Under the pieces are notes generated by a model, which saw nothing but the letters and a program-made list of their open reading frames with translations, searched no databases and had not been told where the DNA came from. From Pristiophorus japonicus (taxonomy: Eukaryota), in the NCBI RefSeq assembly GCF_044704955.1, contig NC_091999.1, positions 47,988,001 through 48,052,000 on the forward strand: a DNA stretch of 64,000 nt, given 5' to 3'. This document shows, piece by piece, positions 25,222 through 38,699 of the stretch. Both the position numbers and the translations under genes were made by a program. Each line of letters opens with the position of its first letter. Position 1 is the stretch's first letter.

Positions 25222-28200
25222 TTAGGCAGACCCCCGAGTTGAGGATGACTTGCTTCCAAACTAAAATGGGTTCTAAGGTGACTGCTGAGAACAATGCTGG
25301 ATTTAGAGTCTCTCTCACAGGTGGGGCAGAGGGTTTTTGGAGGGACTGGTGGGTGGGGTGCTTGATTTGTCGTTCACTCCTTCTGCTCTTTATACTTGGC
25401 TTCTACATGATCACGGCGGAGAAACTTGAAGTCCTTGGTGCCTTGTAGGATTCTTCTGATCCACTTGGGCCAGGGATTCCCAAGGGTCAGTGGGGATGCT
25501 AATTTTTATCAAGGAGGCTTCGATGGTGTCGTTGAAGCGTTTTCTCTGCCCTCCTCGACCTCGCCTGCTGTGACATAGCTCAGAGAAGAATGCTTGTTTC
25601 GGAACTCTAGTATCGGACATGTGGACCATGTGGCCCGTCTATCGGAACTGATCGAGCATATTAAATGCCATGATACAAGGGAATTTGGCCTGAGAGAGAC
25701 CCCTGATGTTGGTGCGCTTATCCTGCCAATAAGTTCGCATGATCTCGCAGAGGAAGCATTTGTGCTACTTCTCCAGTGCTTTGAGGTGCCTACTGTACAT
25801 AGTTCATGTCTCTGAAGCATAGAAGAGGGCGGATACCACGACTGCACTTTACTCCATTTGCTTGTTGCTGGGATTGAGATCTTGGTGTTTGCACACTCTT
25901 TTCCTCAGACGACCAAAGGCTCCACTGGCACATTGAATAATGTGATGGACTTAGTCATCGATGTCTGTCCTTGCTGAAAGTAGGCTTCCAAGTTATGGGA
26001 AGTGGTCCCGATTGTCAAAGATCCCGACATGGATCTTGATAATCGAGAAGTAGTACTGTGCAGCGGGTTCGGGTTGCTGGAGAACGTTTGTCGTACTGAT
26101 GCTTAATGAAAGGCCCACACTCTCGTATGCTCCAGTGAAAGTGTCAATGAAGATTTGGTGTATGGGCTCCGAATGTGCACAAATGCAAGCAACGTCTGAA
26201 TACTGTAATTCAATGAAAGAGGCTGGACCTACCTTGGATCTGTACTGGAGGCGTCACAGGTTGAACAATTTCCTGCTTGTCCATTAGATTAACTACACAC
26301 CAGTGGGGAGATTTTTAAAGATGATGTGAAGCATTGCAGCGAGGAAGATTGAGAAGAGCGTCCTTGTGATGACACAGCCTTGCTTAATCTCCTTCTGCAC
26401 TTATATTGTGTTTGTAGTAGATCCGTTGGTGACAAATTTCAGAGGAGATCCAAATTTGAGAATGACTGATATGGAGTATTAAAAAAGATACTCGACACAA
26501 GTTTGTCTATGAATACATACAAAATCAGAAAGTTCCATGTAGAGGCTTTCCATTTGTTGTTTTCCTGCAGCATCACAAAATTTTCGCCTACCTACTACGA
26601 TTACAAATATTAATTGGTTAATGCAATTACTTTGAAAGCAAGCTTCGTTACGTCCTTGTGCACTTTTTATCTGATAAGTTAAGTGTCACATCAATCTTTG
26701 CTCTTCTCCTCTTTGCCTAACTGCTTTGAATCAGGTGAGATATTCTTCAATCATCTTTCGTTTCCCGTAATCTCTTACTACCCCATGTAACCTAGCCTTG
26801 GAATGTATTTTTCCAAACTGTCTGGTTTATACTGTGATAAGTTGATCTATCTTCCTGAGCGTTCGAGTTCTATCATTTTCCCTATGTTCGTAGCACGTAT
26901 TTTTTTCTCTTACAAACTTGCTTTTAATTTTTAGCTTTACTTAATTAGGTCCCCTTATTAACCAATTAGGTTCCCACTACATATTTTTTTTCAACAATGA
27001 CACTCCATAATCCCTCATGGTTGACGGATTCGGAGACCTTTGTGAGAGGAAAGTAAGCGATGTACAGAGATTGAAGTAGCTCTATACATTTTTCGTGGAA
27101 TTGTCACACGGTGAATATCATGCCCATTGTGCCCCTTAGTTTGTGGAATCCGCATTTCGACTGTGGGAGGAGCTCTTCATTAATTGGGAGGAGATAATTG
27201 AGGATGACTTGTGCGATAATATTCCCTGCGAATTTCTGTAATTACTGCAATCGGACTTGTCACCTTTCTTGAAGATGGGCACGATTACGGCATCTTTGAG
27301 AGGCCCTGGTATGCTCTCCTCCTTCCAGTTAAGGGATATGAGGACATGAATTCGCGCCAAGTGTATTACTCCACCATATGTTAGTGCTTCGGCGGGGATT
27401 CCTGAGGCCTTGTTGTTCTTTAGTTGTCAGATAGCCTTTTCACTCTCGTGCTGGGTCAGGATTTTACCGATGTGGTGACGGGTTATATGTTGTGGGATGG
27501 GTTCAAGGACACTCAAATCAAAGACAGAGGCTTGATTGAGGAGATCCACAAAGTGCTCCTTCATGTGGCTAATGACTGCCTCTCTGTCCATGAAGAGCAC
27601 TCCTCCATTCTCGGTTCTCTGCAGAATCGGACAGTGTGCTTGGCCATTAGGTGATCTTGATTGTGCTAAAAAAAATCCACGCACGTCATGATTGTCAGCT
27701 AATTGCTGGATCTCCTGCGCGTTTTCCACCCACCATCTGTTCTTATGTCACCAGTTTTTTGTTGTACATCAGCCTTTAGTTGTCTCTAGAACTGCTTGCT
27801 TTCACTCGAGTTGTGGTGTTGTTTCCAATTCAGAAATGATTTGCGTTTGCGGTTTATTAGCTCCTGGATCTCTTGGTCATTCGCATCGAACCAGTTTTGA
27901 AATTTTCTGGTATTGTAGCCAAGTGTTTATTCGCAGATGCTAATTTTAGTGGATTTAGGGCAGAACAGGCACTATGGACACTCTGCGGCTTTGGTTGATT
28001 GGAAGTCGTTAGGTAGGCTGTGAGCAGTTGGCTGATTAGGACTTTCTTTGCAGGGTCTTTGAGACCTTCAATGTTGATTTTTTACGGCAGGATTTATGTT
28101 GCCCCTGCTGTTTTGAGGCTATATTGATGGAGATAATAGAACGGATTAGGCGGTGGTCAATGCAGCAGTCAGCAGCTCCTGTCATGTCATGAGTGATGCG

Positions 28201-28915
28201 GACATCCTTGTGGTCCCTCAATCGGATGCCAGTGCCTGGAACGAGGGTGTTGCGATGTGGCCTTGTAGTAGTCATTCTGACGAATCAAGGTGTTGGATAT
28301 GACAAGACCATGTTATAAGCAATTCCTCAGGAGGAGGATCCCATTGGAGTTAGTTTTCCCTAATCCTTCCCTGGCAATCACCCCTCTCATGAGGTCTGTG
28401 TCCTTTGCAACTCTGCCGTTAAAGTCATCAAGAATAATCAGCGTGTTGCCTATTGGGAGTCGGGACAGGGATTGTTCCAGGCTGGAGTAGAATTCCTCTT
28501 TGTCCGTGTCCGTAGTTTCCAGGGTTGGTGCGTATGCCCCATTGAGACGGTGTTATTCTTCTGGTGTGCCGTTTGAGAATGTGTATCAACCATCTAGTTC
28601 CTTGAGCTGACCTTGTCCTGCCCACTTTGTATCACTCAGGGCAGTGTTGTCGATGTCGAAGCATCTCAGTTCCCGGACAATGGCAGCAGTATGACGTTCT
28701 GGTCTGTTAATGTTGGGATTGTCCATGAGGGGCCTAAAGTTTCCAGGTCCTGAACTTCATTTTAAAGGTTAGAAGATACCCCTGCATGAATTATATTACT
28801 GAGGTGTGTCCCTTGCACACGAGCTACCACCGAACCTGACAGACTAAGTCTTGGTCCAATGGCAAGGGGATGCAAGATGATTGGAGACGAGGCTCTGCTG
28901 CATGGGTGTCAAGGT
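25222..28915 (-). mobile_element. RTE-clade LINE, degenerate and nearly full length, interrupted by a solo LTR
   Basis: 'MSDTRVPKQAFFSEL..RGRGGQRKRFNDT', 'LKDAVIVPIFKKGDKSDCSNYR', APE pieces ('AYAPTL', 'DHRLIRS') and an RTE-type 5' UTR. Confidence 0.9.
26467..26996. mobile_element. Solo LTR-like insertion (530 bp)
   Basis: TG...CA termini flanked by a 5-bp direct repeat atgac (26462-26466 and 26997-27001); the RTE sequence resumes on both sides. Confidence 0.75.
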
Positions 28916-28916
28916 G

Positions 28917-29790
28917 TGTGTGGCGCAAACACCGGGTGTCTCCAATCCATCCAAGTCGGGCAGCGATTGGCAAGAAAACGAGTGAAACCCCGGTAAAAAT
29001 ACGTGGCACCAATTGCTGGGTGACGGCGGGAATGGAGAATCGGAGGACCGGTGGGAATCGATGGCCGGCGAGGATCGGAGTACCCATGAACGGTTTAGCA
29101 GGGGTCGGCAGGAGTACGGAACCCAGGGAAGGTACAGCACAGACCAGCAGCTAGGTCCGGAGACCGAGTGCAGAAGCGAGGTTGGGAAGCCAAGGCCAGC
29201 AGTAAGGTCGGGATCCTGGGAAGAAACAGCACGGACCAGCTGCAGGGTCGTGAGGCACAGCGCAGAAGCGAGGTCGGGAAGCCAAGACAGGCAATAAAGT
29301 TGGCATCCAGGGAAGGTTCATCACAAACCAGCAGTGAGGTCGGAGGCTGAGGCCAACAGCAATATCGGTACTCGAGGAAAGTAAGGTACGCAACAACAGG
29401 GTGATCGGGACCCAGGGAAGGTACAGCACGGTCCAACAGGTAGGTTGTGACCAGGAAAGGTACAGCACGGACCAACAAGGAGATCGGGACCCAGGGAAGA
29501 TGCAGAAAATACCGTCACAGGTGGCTAGCAGCGAAGTCGAAACACGAGGCCAGAATATACGTGGTCAGTAGAAAACAACCAACGACAAAAGTGTGAGCTG
29601 TTGGAGAGAGAATCGGAAAGCGCAGGAGAGTCACGTGCTGGAAGTGGTGCAGGGGTGGGGGAAGGGGGGCGGGGCACTGTGTCAGTATACTATGCAGAAG
29701 TCCGCAAACTGCTCCACGATTAAGGTGCTCACCTACAATGTGATCTCTGAAAACCAGGTAGAGAGGAACTGATAGAGCAGGTCAGTAGGA
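28917..29790 (+). repeat. GC-rich duplicated element, copy 2
   Basis: Colinear with 21310-22255 and followed by the same antisense CR1 tail. Confidence 0.85.
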
Positions 29791-29883
29791 ACATCGAAGC
29801 ATAGAAACATAGAAAATAGCTGCAGGAGTAGGCCATTCGGACCTTCGAGCCTGCACCACCATCAAATAAGATCATGGCTGAAC

Positions 29884-30873
29884 ATTAATGATTTAGACGA
29901 GGGGATTAAATGCAGTATCTCCCAATTTGCGGATGACACAAAGTTGGGTGGCAGTGTGAGCTGCGAGGAGGATGCTATTAGGCTGCAGAGTGACTTGGAT
30001 AGGTTAGGTGAGTGGGCAAATGCATGGCACATGAAGTATAATGTGGATAAATGTGAGGTTATCCACTTTGGTGGTAAAAACAAAGAGAAAGACTATTATC
30101 TGAATGGTGACAGATTACGAAAATGGAAGGTGCAACGAGACCTGGGTGTCATGGTACATCAGTCATTGAAGGTTAACATGCAGGTACAGCAGGCGGTTAA
30201 GAAAGCAAATGGCATGCTGGCCTTCATAGCGAGGGGATTTGAATACAGGGGCAGGGAGGTGTTGCTACAGTAGTACAGGGCCTCGGTGGGGCCGCACCTG
30301 GAGTATTGTGTACATTTTTGGTCTCCTAACTTGAGGAAGGACATTCGTGCTATTGAGGGAGTGCAGCGAAGATTCACTAGACTGATTCCCGGGATGGCGG
30401 GACTGACCTATCAAGAAAGACTGGATTAACTGGGCTTGTATTCACTGGAGTTCAAAAGAATGAGAGGGGACCTCATAGAAACGTTTAAAATTCTGACGGG
30501 TTTAGACAGGTTAGATGCAGGAAGAATGTTCCCAATGTTGGTGAAGTCCAGAACCAGGGGTCACAGTCTGAGTATAAGGGGTAAGCCATTTAGGACCGAG
30601 ATGAGGAGAAACTTCTTCACCCAGAGAGTGGTGAACCTGTGGAATTCTCTACCACAGAAAATAGTTGAGGCCAATTCACTAAATATATTCAAAAGGGAAT
30701 TAAATGAAGTCCTTACTACTCGGGGGATCAAGGGTTATGGCGAGAAAGCAGGAAGGGTGCACTGAAGTTTCATGTTCAGCCATGAACTCATTGAATGGCG
30801 GTGCAGGCTAGAAGGGCTGAATGGCCTGCTCCTGCACCTATTTTCTATGTTTCTATGTTTCTATGTTTCTATG
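29884..30873 (+). mobile_element. CR1 LINE 3' fragment nested in the 3' UTR of an antisense CR1
   Basis: RT C-terminal ORFs 29944-30273 and 30436-30765; (tttctatg)n tail; splits the host sequence atcatggctga.cat|tcacctca. Confidence 0.93.
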
Positions 30874-32770
30874 TTCACCTCAATACCCATTTCCTGCCTT
30901 CTCTCCATACCCCTTGCTCCCTTTAGCCATAAAGTCCATATTCAACTCCCACCTGAATATATCTAACGAACTGGCATCAACAACTCTCTGCGGAAAAGAA
31001 TTCCACAGGAGAGCAACTCTCTGCGTGAAGTAGTTTCTCCTCATCTCGGTCCTAAATGGCTTACCCCTCAATCTTAGACTCTGACCTCTAGTTCTGAACT
31101 CCCCCAACATCGTGCACATTCTTCCGGCATTTAACCTGTCCAGTCCCGTCAGAATTTTGTATGTTTGTAGGAGATCCCCTCTCATTCTTCTAAACTCCAG
31201 CGAATAGACGCCCAGTCGATCCAGTCTCTCCTCAGATGTCAGTCCTGCCATCCCGGGCATCAGTCTGGTGAACCTGCGCTGCACTCCCTCAATAGCAAGA
31301 ACTTCCTTCCTCAGATTAGGAGACCAAAAGTGAACACAATATTCCAAGAGAGGCCTCACCAAGGCCCTGTAGAGCTGCAGGAAGACTTCCCTGCTCCTAT
31401 ACTGAAAACCCCTAGCTGTGAACGCCCAAATGCCATTTGCCTTCTTCACCACTTGCTGCACCTGCATTTCAAGCTTCAATGACTTATGTACCATGACACG
31501 CAGGTCTTGTTGCACCTCTCCTTTACATAATCTGCCACCATTCAGATAATATTCTGGCTTCACCTTTTTGCCACCAAATTGGATAACCACACATTTATCC
31601 ACATTATACTGCATCTGTGATGCATTTGCTTACTCACCTAACCTGTCCGAGTCATCCTGCAGTCTCTTAGCATCCTCCTCACAGGTCACACCACCACCCA
31701 GCTAAGTGTCATCTGCAAGCTTGGAGATATTACTCTCAATTCCTGCATCTAAATCATTGATGTATATTGTAAATATCTGGGATCCCAGCACTGACCCCTG
31801 TGGCACCCCACTAGTCACTGCCTGCAATTCTGAAAAGGACACGTTTAACCCGACTCTCTGCTTCCTGTCTGCTAACCATTTCTCTATCCACGTCAATACA
31901 TTGCCCCCAATACCATGTGCTTTACTTTGCACACCAATCTCTTGTGTGGTACCTTGTCACAAGCCTTTTGAAAGTCCAAATACATCACATCCACTGGTTC
32001 TCCCTTGTCCACTCCACTAGTTGCGTCCTCAAAAAGTCTAAAAGATTCTTCAAGCATGATTTCCCTTTCCTAAATGCATGCAGACTTGGAGCGCTCTTTC
32101 ACTGATTTCCAAATGCCGCTAATTCATCTTTAACAATTGATTCCAACATTTCCCCCAGTACTTATGTCAGGCTAATTGGTCTATAATTTCCCCTTTTCTC
32201 TCTCCCTCCTTTTTTAAACAGTGGTGTTACATTAACTACCCTCGAGTCCATAGGAACTAATCCAGAGTCGATAGACTGTTGGAAAATTATCATCGATGCA
32301 TCCATTATTTCTAGGGTCACTTCCGTAAGTACTCGTGGGATGCAGACTATCAGGCCCTGGGAATTTATCGGCCTTCAATCCCGTCAATTTCCCTTACACA
32401 ATTTCCTGTCCAATAAGAATTTCCTTCAGTTCCTCCTTCTCGATAGACCATCGAGAAGGAGGAACTAGTATTTCTGAAACCTTATTTGTGTCTTCCTCAT
32501 TGAAGACAGAACAAAAGTATTTGTTCAATTGGTCTGCCATTTCTTTGTTTCCCATTATAAATTCACTTGATTCTGATTGAAAGAGGCCTACGTTTGTCTT
32601 CACTAATCTTTTCCTCTTTTCATATCTATAGAAGCTTTTGCAGTCAGTTTTTATGTTCCCAGAAAGCTTCCTCTCATAATCTATATTCCACGGTCCGAAA
32701 TTGACCCTTAGTCCTCCTCTGCTGAATTCTAAATTTCTCCCAGTCCTCAGGTTTGCTGCTTTTTCTGGCC
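30874..32770 (-). mobile_element. CR1 LINE ORF2 RT fragment (its tail lies at ~29790-29883)
   Basis: ORFs 30880-31614, 31702-31932 ('[14 protein letters not shown]') and 32394-32603. Confidence 0.95.
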
Positions 32771-33627
32771 ATGTCCAACAGGCACATTCCTATTTATGCT
32801 TTTGTTGATTCCAAAAGTTCGTGGAATCTCCATGAAGATAACTAGGATTCACCTTTTGTTTGGTCGGCCTGGCCCAAATGATCCCAGGGTCACATGCTAA
32901 ACGCGTGCACCCCTGGGATATGTGGACGTTTATGCCTGCGTACCTGTAGAGGCCCAGGAGCGCCAGTGTTCGAACTTCCGTGACCATCAGTTAGGTTCGT
33001 ATTTTCTTGTCGTTCAGAGGCATTCGACCATGGGAAAGCTCTGACCGCCAATTCAGGCCAATAATATTCGATAGAGACAGATCGATAGAAGGAGTGATGG
33101 AGACAGATAGATGGAGAGATAAACAGATTTAGATAGCAACATATAAATAAAGTTAGATAGAGAGATAGATAGATTATGGAGATACATAAATATGTAGATA
33201 ATGGTAGAAGAATTCTGTGATAGAGATATTAATCGATGCATCAACAGCAACATACATAGAAAGATGGAAATTGATGGATGGTTGGATAGATATGCATATG
33301 GTTAAACGGTACTTATAGTGATACGCGGTAAGATAAATCAACAGAAAACAAATTTATGAGTACGTAACATTGATAGATAAATGTAATCATTCGTTCTTGA
33401 TGGACACATAAGCTAAGTTTGGAATGATTTCACTTCAGGCAAGTTCAATCTGCTATAATTTGTACCCTATTTGCTCAGTCGCAACAACTGGACAAACACT
33501 GTTGCTCCTGATGTCCGTGTCTTCAGCACATTCTCTCCGTACTTAATGTGGAAAAGCAGATGGTGAGTTCTTACACTCTAACTCAGACCCTGCTGATGTG
33601 AGCGTGTGGGTTACTGTTTCGAGCATG

Positions 33628-36600
33628 TTACACAGTGCAGCAGCGCGATCGCCATTCAAAGCTCTGCGACCTGAAAATGTACAGCAAGGGATTGAGGAAG
33701 GCAATGAATGAAGGGAGGGTCCAGTTGTAAAATTTACTATTGCCCCTGTAAAAAAACTGGGAATGGATTCGCTGGATCTAGCAAATCCTTAATCTCAAAA
33801 TACAATCAAAATACAGTTCAGGGATGTGATAAGGGTCAAAGCAGAAAAGAAGCACCAAAATTACACGAATGTACTTCAGCACTTTCTTCTTCATCAGCTC
33901 TATAGATTCCTTCTCAGCTCCCACTTCTATCATTATTTTGCGGTTAGGGTATAGCAGATCAACAACATCAGGATCGGAAATAATTTAATTTAAAAAAATT
34001 GCATGAAAATTTGCCACGATAATTGCATATATTTGCGTGAAACCTTATCAGCTAATTCTCATTATGAAAAGGCTATCAGGCTCAGGGCCAACACTGCCAC
34101 CCAAATTGCATAGGCTAGAATGAGGTAGCATCAAGGCCTTCACCACACATGAGACCTAATGTGGTGGGCAAAAAAATATATTGGTCAAGGAGATCGGGTA
34201 GCGTTGCTGGTTAAAGAGGAGATTAAAGCAATAGTAAAGAAGGACATTAGCTTGGATGAAGCGGAATCTGTATGGGTAGAGCTGCGGAACACCAAAGGGC
34301 AGAAAACGCTAGTGGAATTTGTGTACGGACCACCAAACAGTCATAGTGAGGTTGGGGTGGCATCAAACTGGAAATTAGGGATGCGTGCAATAAAGGTACA
34401 GCAGTTAGCACGGGTGACTTTAATTTACATATAGATTGGGCTAACCAAACTGGTAGCAATATGGTGGAGGAGGATTTCCTGGAGTGTATAAGGGATGGTT
34501 TTCGAGACCAATATGTCGAGGAACCAACCAGAGAGCTGGCCATCCTAGATTGTGTAATGAGAGAGGATTAATTAGCAATCTTGTTCTACGAGGCCACTTG
34601 GGGAAGAGTGACCTTAATGTGATATAATTCTTCATTAAGATGGAGAGTGACACAGTTAATTCAGAGACTAAAGTCCTGAAATTAAAGAATGTTCATTTCG
34701 ATGGAATGAAACGTGGATTGGCTAGGAAAGACTGACGAATGATATTTAAAGGGTTGACGGTGGATAGGCAATTGCAGACTTTAAAGATCACATGGATGAA
34801 ATTCAATAATTACACATCCCTGTCTGGCATAAAAATAAAACGGGGAAATTGGCTCAACCGTAGCTATCAAGTGAAATTAGGGATTGTGTTAAATCCAAGG
34901 AAGAAGCATATAAACTAGCCTGAAAAGCAGCAAACCTGAGCACTGGGAGAAATTTAGAATTCAGCAGAGGAGGACAAAGGATTTAATTAGGAGGGGGCAA
35001 CTAGAGTATGAGAGGAAGCTTGCCGAGAACATGAAAACTGACTGCAAAGCTTCGATAGATATGTAAAGAGAAAAAAATTAGTTAGGACAAATATAGTTCC
35101 CTTGAAGTCAGAATCAGGTGTTAGGGAAATTGATGGGATTGACGGCCAATAAAACACCAGTGACTGATATTCTGCATCCTTGAGTATTTAAGGATGTTGC
35201 CCAAGAAATAATGGATGATTTGGTGTGCATTTTCCAACATTCTATAGATTCTAGATCAGTTCCTATGGATTGGAGGATAGCTAATGTAACCCCACGTTTT
35301 AAAAAAGGTGGGAGAGAGAATACAGGGAATTATAGACCGGTTAGCCTGACATCGGTAGTGGGAAAAATGTTGAAATCCATCATTGAAGATGTAACAGCAG
35401 CGCATTTGGAAAGCAGTGACAGGATCGGTCCAAGTCAGCATGGATTAATGAAAGGGAAATCAGGTTTGCCAAATCGTCTAGAAGTTTTTTAGGATGTAAC
35501 CAGTAGCGTGGACAAGGGAGAACCAGTGGTTGTGGTGTATTTGGACTTTCAAACGGTTTTTGGCCAGGTCCCACATCAGAGATTAGTGTGTAAAAATTAA
35601 AGCACATGGTATTGGGGGTAATGTATTGACGTAGATAGAGAACTAATTGGTAGACAGGAAGCAAAGAGTAGGAATAAACGGTTCCTTTTCAGAATTGCAG
35701 ACAGTGACGAGTGTGGTACCTCAAGGTTCAGTGCTGGGACCTCAGCTAGTTACGATATACATTAATGATTTAGACGAAGGAATTGAAAATAATATTTCCA
35801 AGTTTGCAGATGACACTAAGTTGGATGGCAGTGTGAACTGTGAGGAGGATGGTAACAGGCTGCAGGGTGACTTGGACAGGTTAGGTGAGTGGGCAAATGC
35901 ATGGCAGATGCAGTATAATATAGATAAATGTGAGGTTATCCACTTTGGTGACAAAAACAGGGAAGCAAAATATTATCTGAATGGTGACAAGTAAGAAAAG
36001 TGGAGGTGCAACGACACCTGGGTGTCATGGTACATCAGTTATTGAAAGTTGGTATGAAGGTTCAGCAAGCGGTGAATGGCATGTTGGCCTTCATAGCGAA
36101 AGTTATAGAATATAGGAGCAGAGAGGTCTTACTGAAGTTGTACAGGGCCTTGGTGAGGCCACACCTTGATATTTGTGTAGAGTTTTGGTCTCCTTACCTG
36201 AGGAAGGACATTCTTGCTATTGAGGGAGTGCAGCGACGGTTCAAAAGACAGATTCGCGGGATGGCAGAACTGACATATGAAGAAAGACTGGATCGACTTG
36301 GCATATATTCACTGGAATTTAGAAGAATGAGAGGGGATCTCATAGAAACACGCTAAATTCTGACGGGATTGGACAGGTTAGATGCAAAAAGTATGGTCCC
36401 GATCTTGTGGAAGTCCAGCACCATGAGTCTAAGGATAAGGGGTAAGCCAATTAGAACCGAGATGAGGAGAAACGTCTTCACTCAGAGAAATGTGATCCTG
36501 TGGAATTCTCTACCACAGGAAGCTGTTGAGGCCAGTTGGTTAGACATATTCAAAAGGGACTTAGATGAGGCACTTGCAGCTAAAGGGATCAAGGGGTATG

Positions 36601-37100
36601 GAGAGAAAGCAGGAATGGGGTAATGAAGTTGCATGATCAGCCATGATCATATTGAATGGTGGTGCAGGCTCGAAGGGCCGAATGACCTACTTTTGCACCT
36701 ATTTTCTATGTTTCTATGTAATAGCAATGCAGGTCATGAAAAGTGCGTTGCCATAAAGATTGATTAGACGCAAGAGGGCACTGACATCACGGAATTACTC
36801 CATAATCTGCTTCCAAGGATAAATTGAATAAGAGAAAGTATAGAGACCAGGATAATCAAGAAGTCGGTGATCATTAAATCCAGAAGGAGGACATCACTTG
36901 CTTGTGAGACCTTCTTCATTCGTACGATGTGCTACAGTGCACTTGAGGTCCCGGTAATGCCCGATACAAGCACTAATACAAGGAAACAGGGAAGGTCGAT
37001 GGTTTTGTTCTGTGCCACTTCGTCATAGGCGTTGTCCATCGAGGGCCCAGTCTGATTGGATGAGTTGATCTCCGACCCTGATCTGTTGACTTGCGTTCCA
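33628..37100 (-). pseudogene. P2Y/LPAR-like rhodopsin-class GPCR pseudogene split by a CR1 insertion (gene pieces ~36720-37100 and ~33628-34189)
   Basis: Minus-strand translation: N-terminus with N-x-S/T sequons; TM1 'CFLVLVLVSGITG'; TM2 'DVLLLDLMITDFL'; TM3 'LINLYGNALFMTCIA' | CR1 | 'LDQY'; TM4 'AIWVAVLALSL'; TM5 'PILMLLICY'; TM6 'KKKVLKYIRVILVLLFCFDPYHI'; TM7 'FLNPLLYIFRSQSF'; stop at 33628-33630. Many stops and frameshifts. Confidence 0.85.
34190..36719 (+). mobile_element. CR1 LINE ORF2 (5'-truncated, internal deletion near 35120)
   Basis: Endonuclease C-terminal part and RT ORFs (35211, 35647, 36000, 36369); tttctatg tail. Confidence 0.95.
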
Positions 37101-37304
37101 ACCCTCAAAACTAACCATTTGATGTTGTGGCAAATAATAAAGAGCAACCGATCAAAATATGGGGGAAATTAAAGATATATTCTCCAAAAACAGTTGATAC
37201 TGCAATGTAAGGTTATTTGTTGTTGAAGTTATCAGTTGCTTCTCCACCATGTTAATCCGATCTCACTGGGTTTGACTGGTTGAAGTTAACTCCTTTTTGA
37301 GAAA

Positions 37305-38535
37305 TTAACCAGGTGGGTCGATGAGAGCCAAACATATGAAGTAGTGAATATGGATTTTCGCTAGGCTTTTGATAAGGTCTCACATGGCAAACTGATCACA
37401 AAAGTAAAAACTCTTGCGATACAGGGCAAAGTGGCAAGTTGGACCAAAAATTGGCTCAGAGGCAGGAAGCAATGGGTAACGGTTGATGGGTGTTTTTGTG
37501 GCTGGAAGGATCGTTCCAGTGGGGTTCCACAGGGCTCAGTACTAGATCTCAACGTTTTGTGATATACATCAATGATCTAGACTTGAATATGGGGGTATGA
37601 TTGAGAAGTTTGCAGATGATACTAAAACTGGCTATATGGTTGGTAATGAAGAGGGAAGTTGCGTAATGCAGGAAGTTATCAATCAACTGGTCAGGGGGGC
37701 AGAATAGTGCAAATTTGTATTGAATCCAGAGAACTGTGAGGTAATGCATTTGAGGATGGCTATCAAGGAACGGAAATACACTTTAAATGGTTGGAAACTG
37801 AGAAGTGTAGACGAACAAAGAGACTTTGGATGTCCAAATTGCATGTCCACAGATCCCTGAAGGTAATAGACCAGGCAGATAAGCTGTTTAAGAAGGCTTA
37901 CGGAATGCTTGCCTTTATTTGGCAAAGCAAAGCATACAAGAAAGGTGGTTTATGTTTGAACTGTATAAAATACTGGTTAGGCCACAGCTGTAGTAGTGAG
38001 TGCAGTTCTGGTCACCACATAACAGGAAGGACGTGATTGCACTCGAGAGGGTATAGAGGCGATTTAGGAGGATATTGGTAGCAGTGAGAATATTAGCTGT
38101 GAGTACAGATTGGATTGGCTAAATTTGTTTTCCTAGGAACAGACGAGGCTGAGCGGAGAACTGATTGAGGTGTATTCAATTATGAGGGGCCAAGATAGAA
38201 TAGATAGAAAGGGTCTATTTCCCATAGCAGAGGGGTCGACTTACAGCGGGCATAAATTTAAAGTAATTGGTAGAAGGTTTAGAGCGCAGTTGAGGGGAAT
38301 TTCTTAATGCAGAGCGTTTCGGAGGTCTGGAACTCACTGGCTGAAAGGGTGGTATAGGGCGTAACCCTCACCACATTTACAAAGTACTTGAATGTGCAGT
38401 TGAAGTATCGTAACCTGCACGGTTACGGACCAAGGATGGGAAGTGGGATTTGGCTGGTTTGCCTCTGATTGACCGGCATAGTCACGATGGGAGGAAATGG
38501 CCTCCTTCCGTGCTGTAAACCTTTGTGATTCTATG
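37305..38535 (+). mobile_element. Older CR1 RT/3' fragment
   Basis: ggcttttgataaggtc, ggggttccacagggctcagt, tttgcagatgatactaaa; tail tgattctatga. Confidence 0.85.
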
Positions 38536-38699
38536 ATGTTCCTCTCTGAAATCTTTAGAAACCAGTAGATACAAGAGATCCCTGAGGTTCCAGCATGCAT
38601 AATTTCACACATCAAGGAGGAAACTGCATCCTGTAAATGGACGGATATGATTAAAGTTATTGAAATACTGAAAATAATGTCATCCTATACGTGAGAAAG

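Noticed and set aside
33631-33670. CACAGTG heptamer as a possible RSS
   Set aside because: No nonamer at 12 or 23 bp; it is the antisense of the last codons of the GPCR pseudogene.
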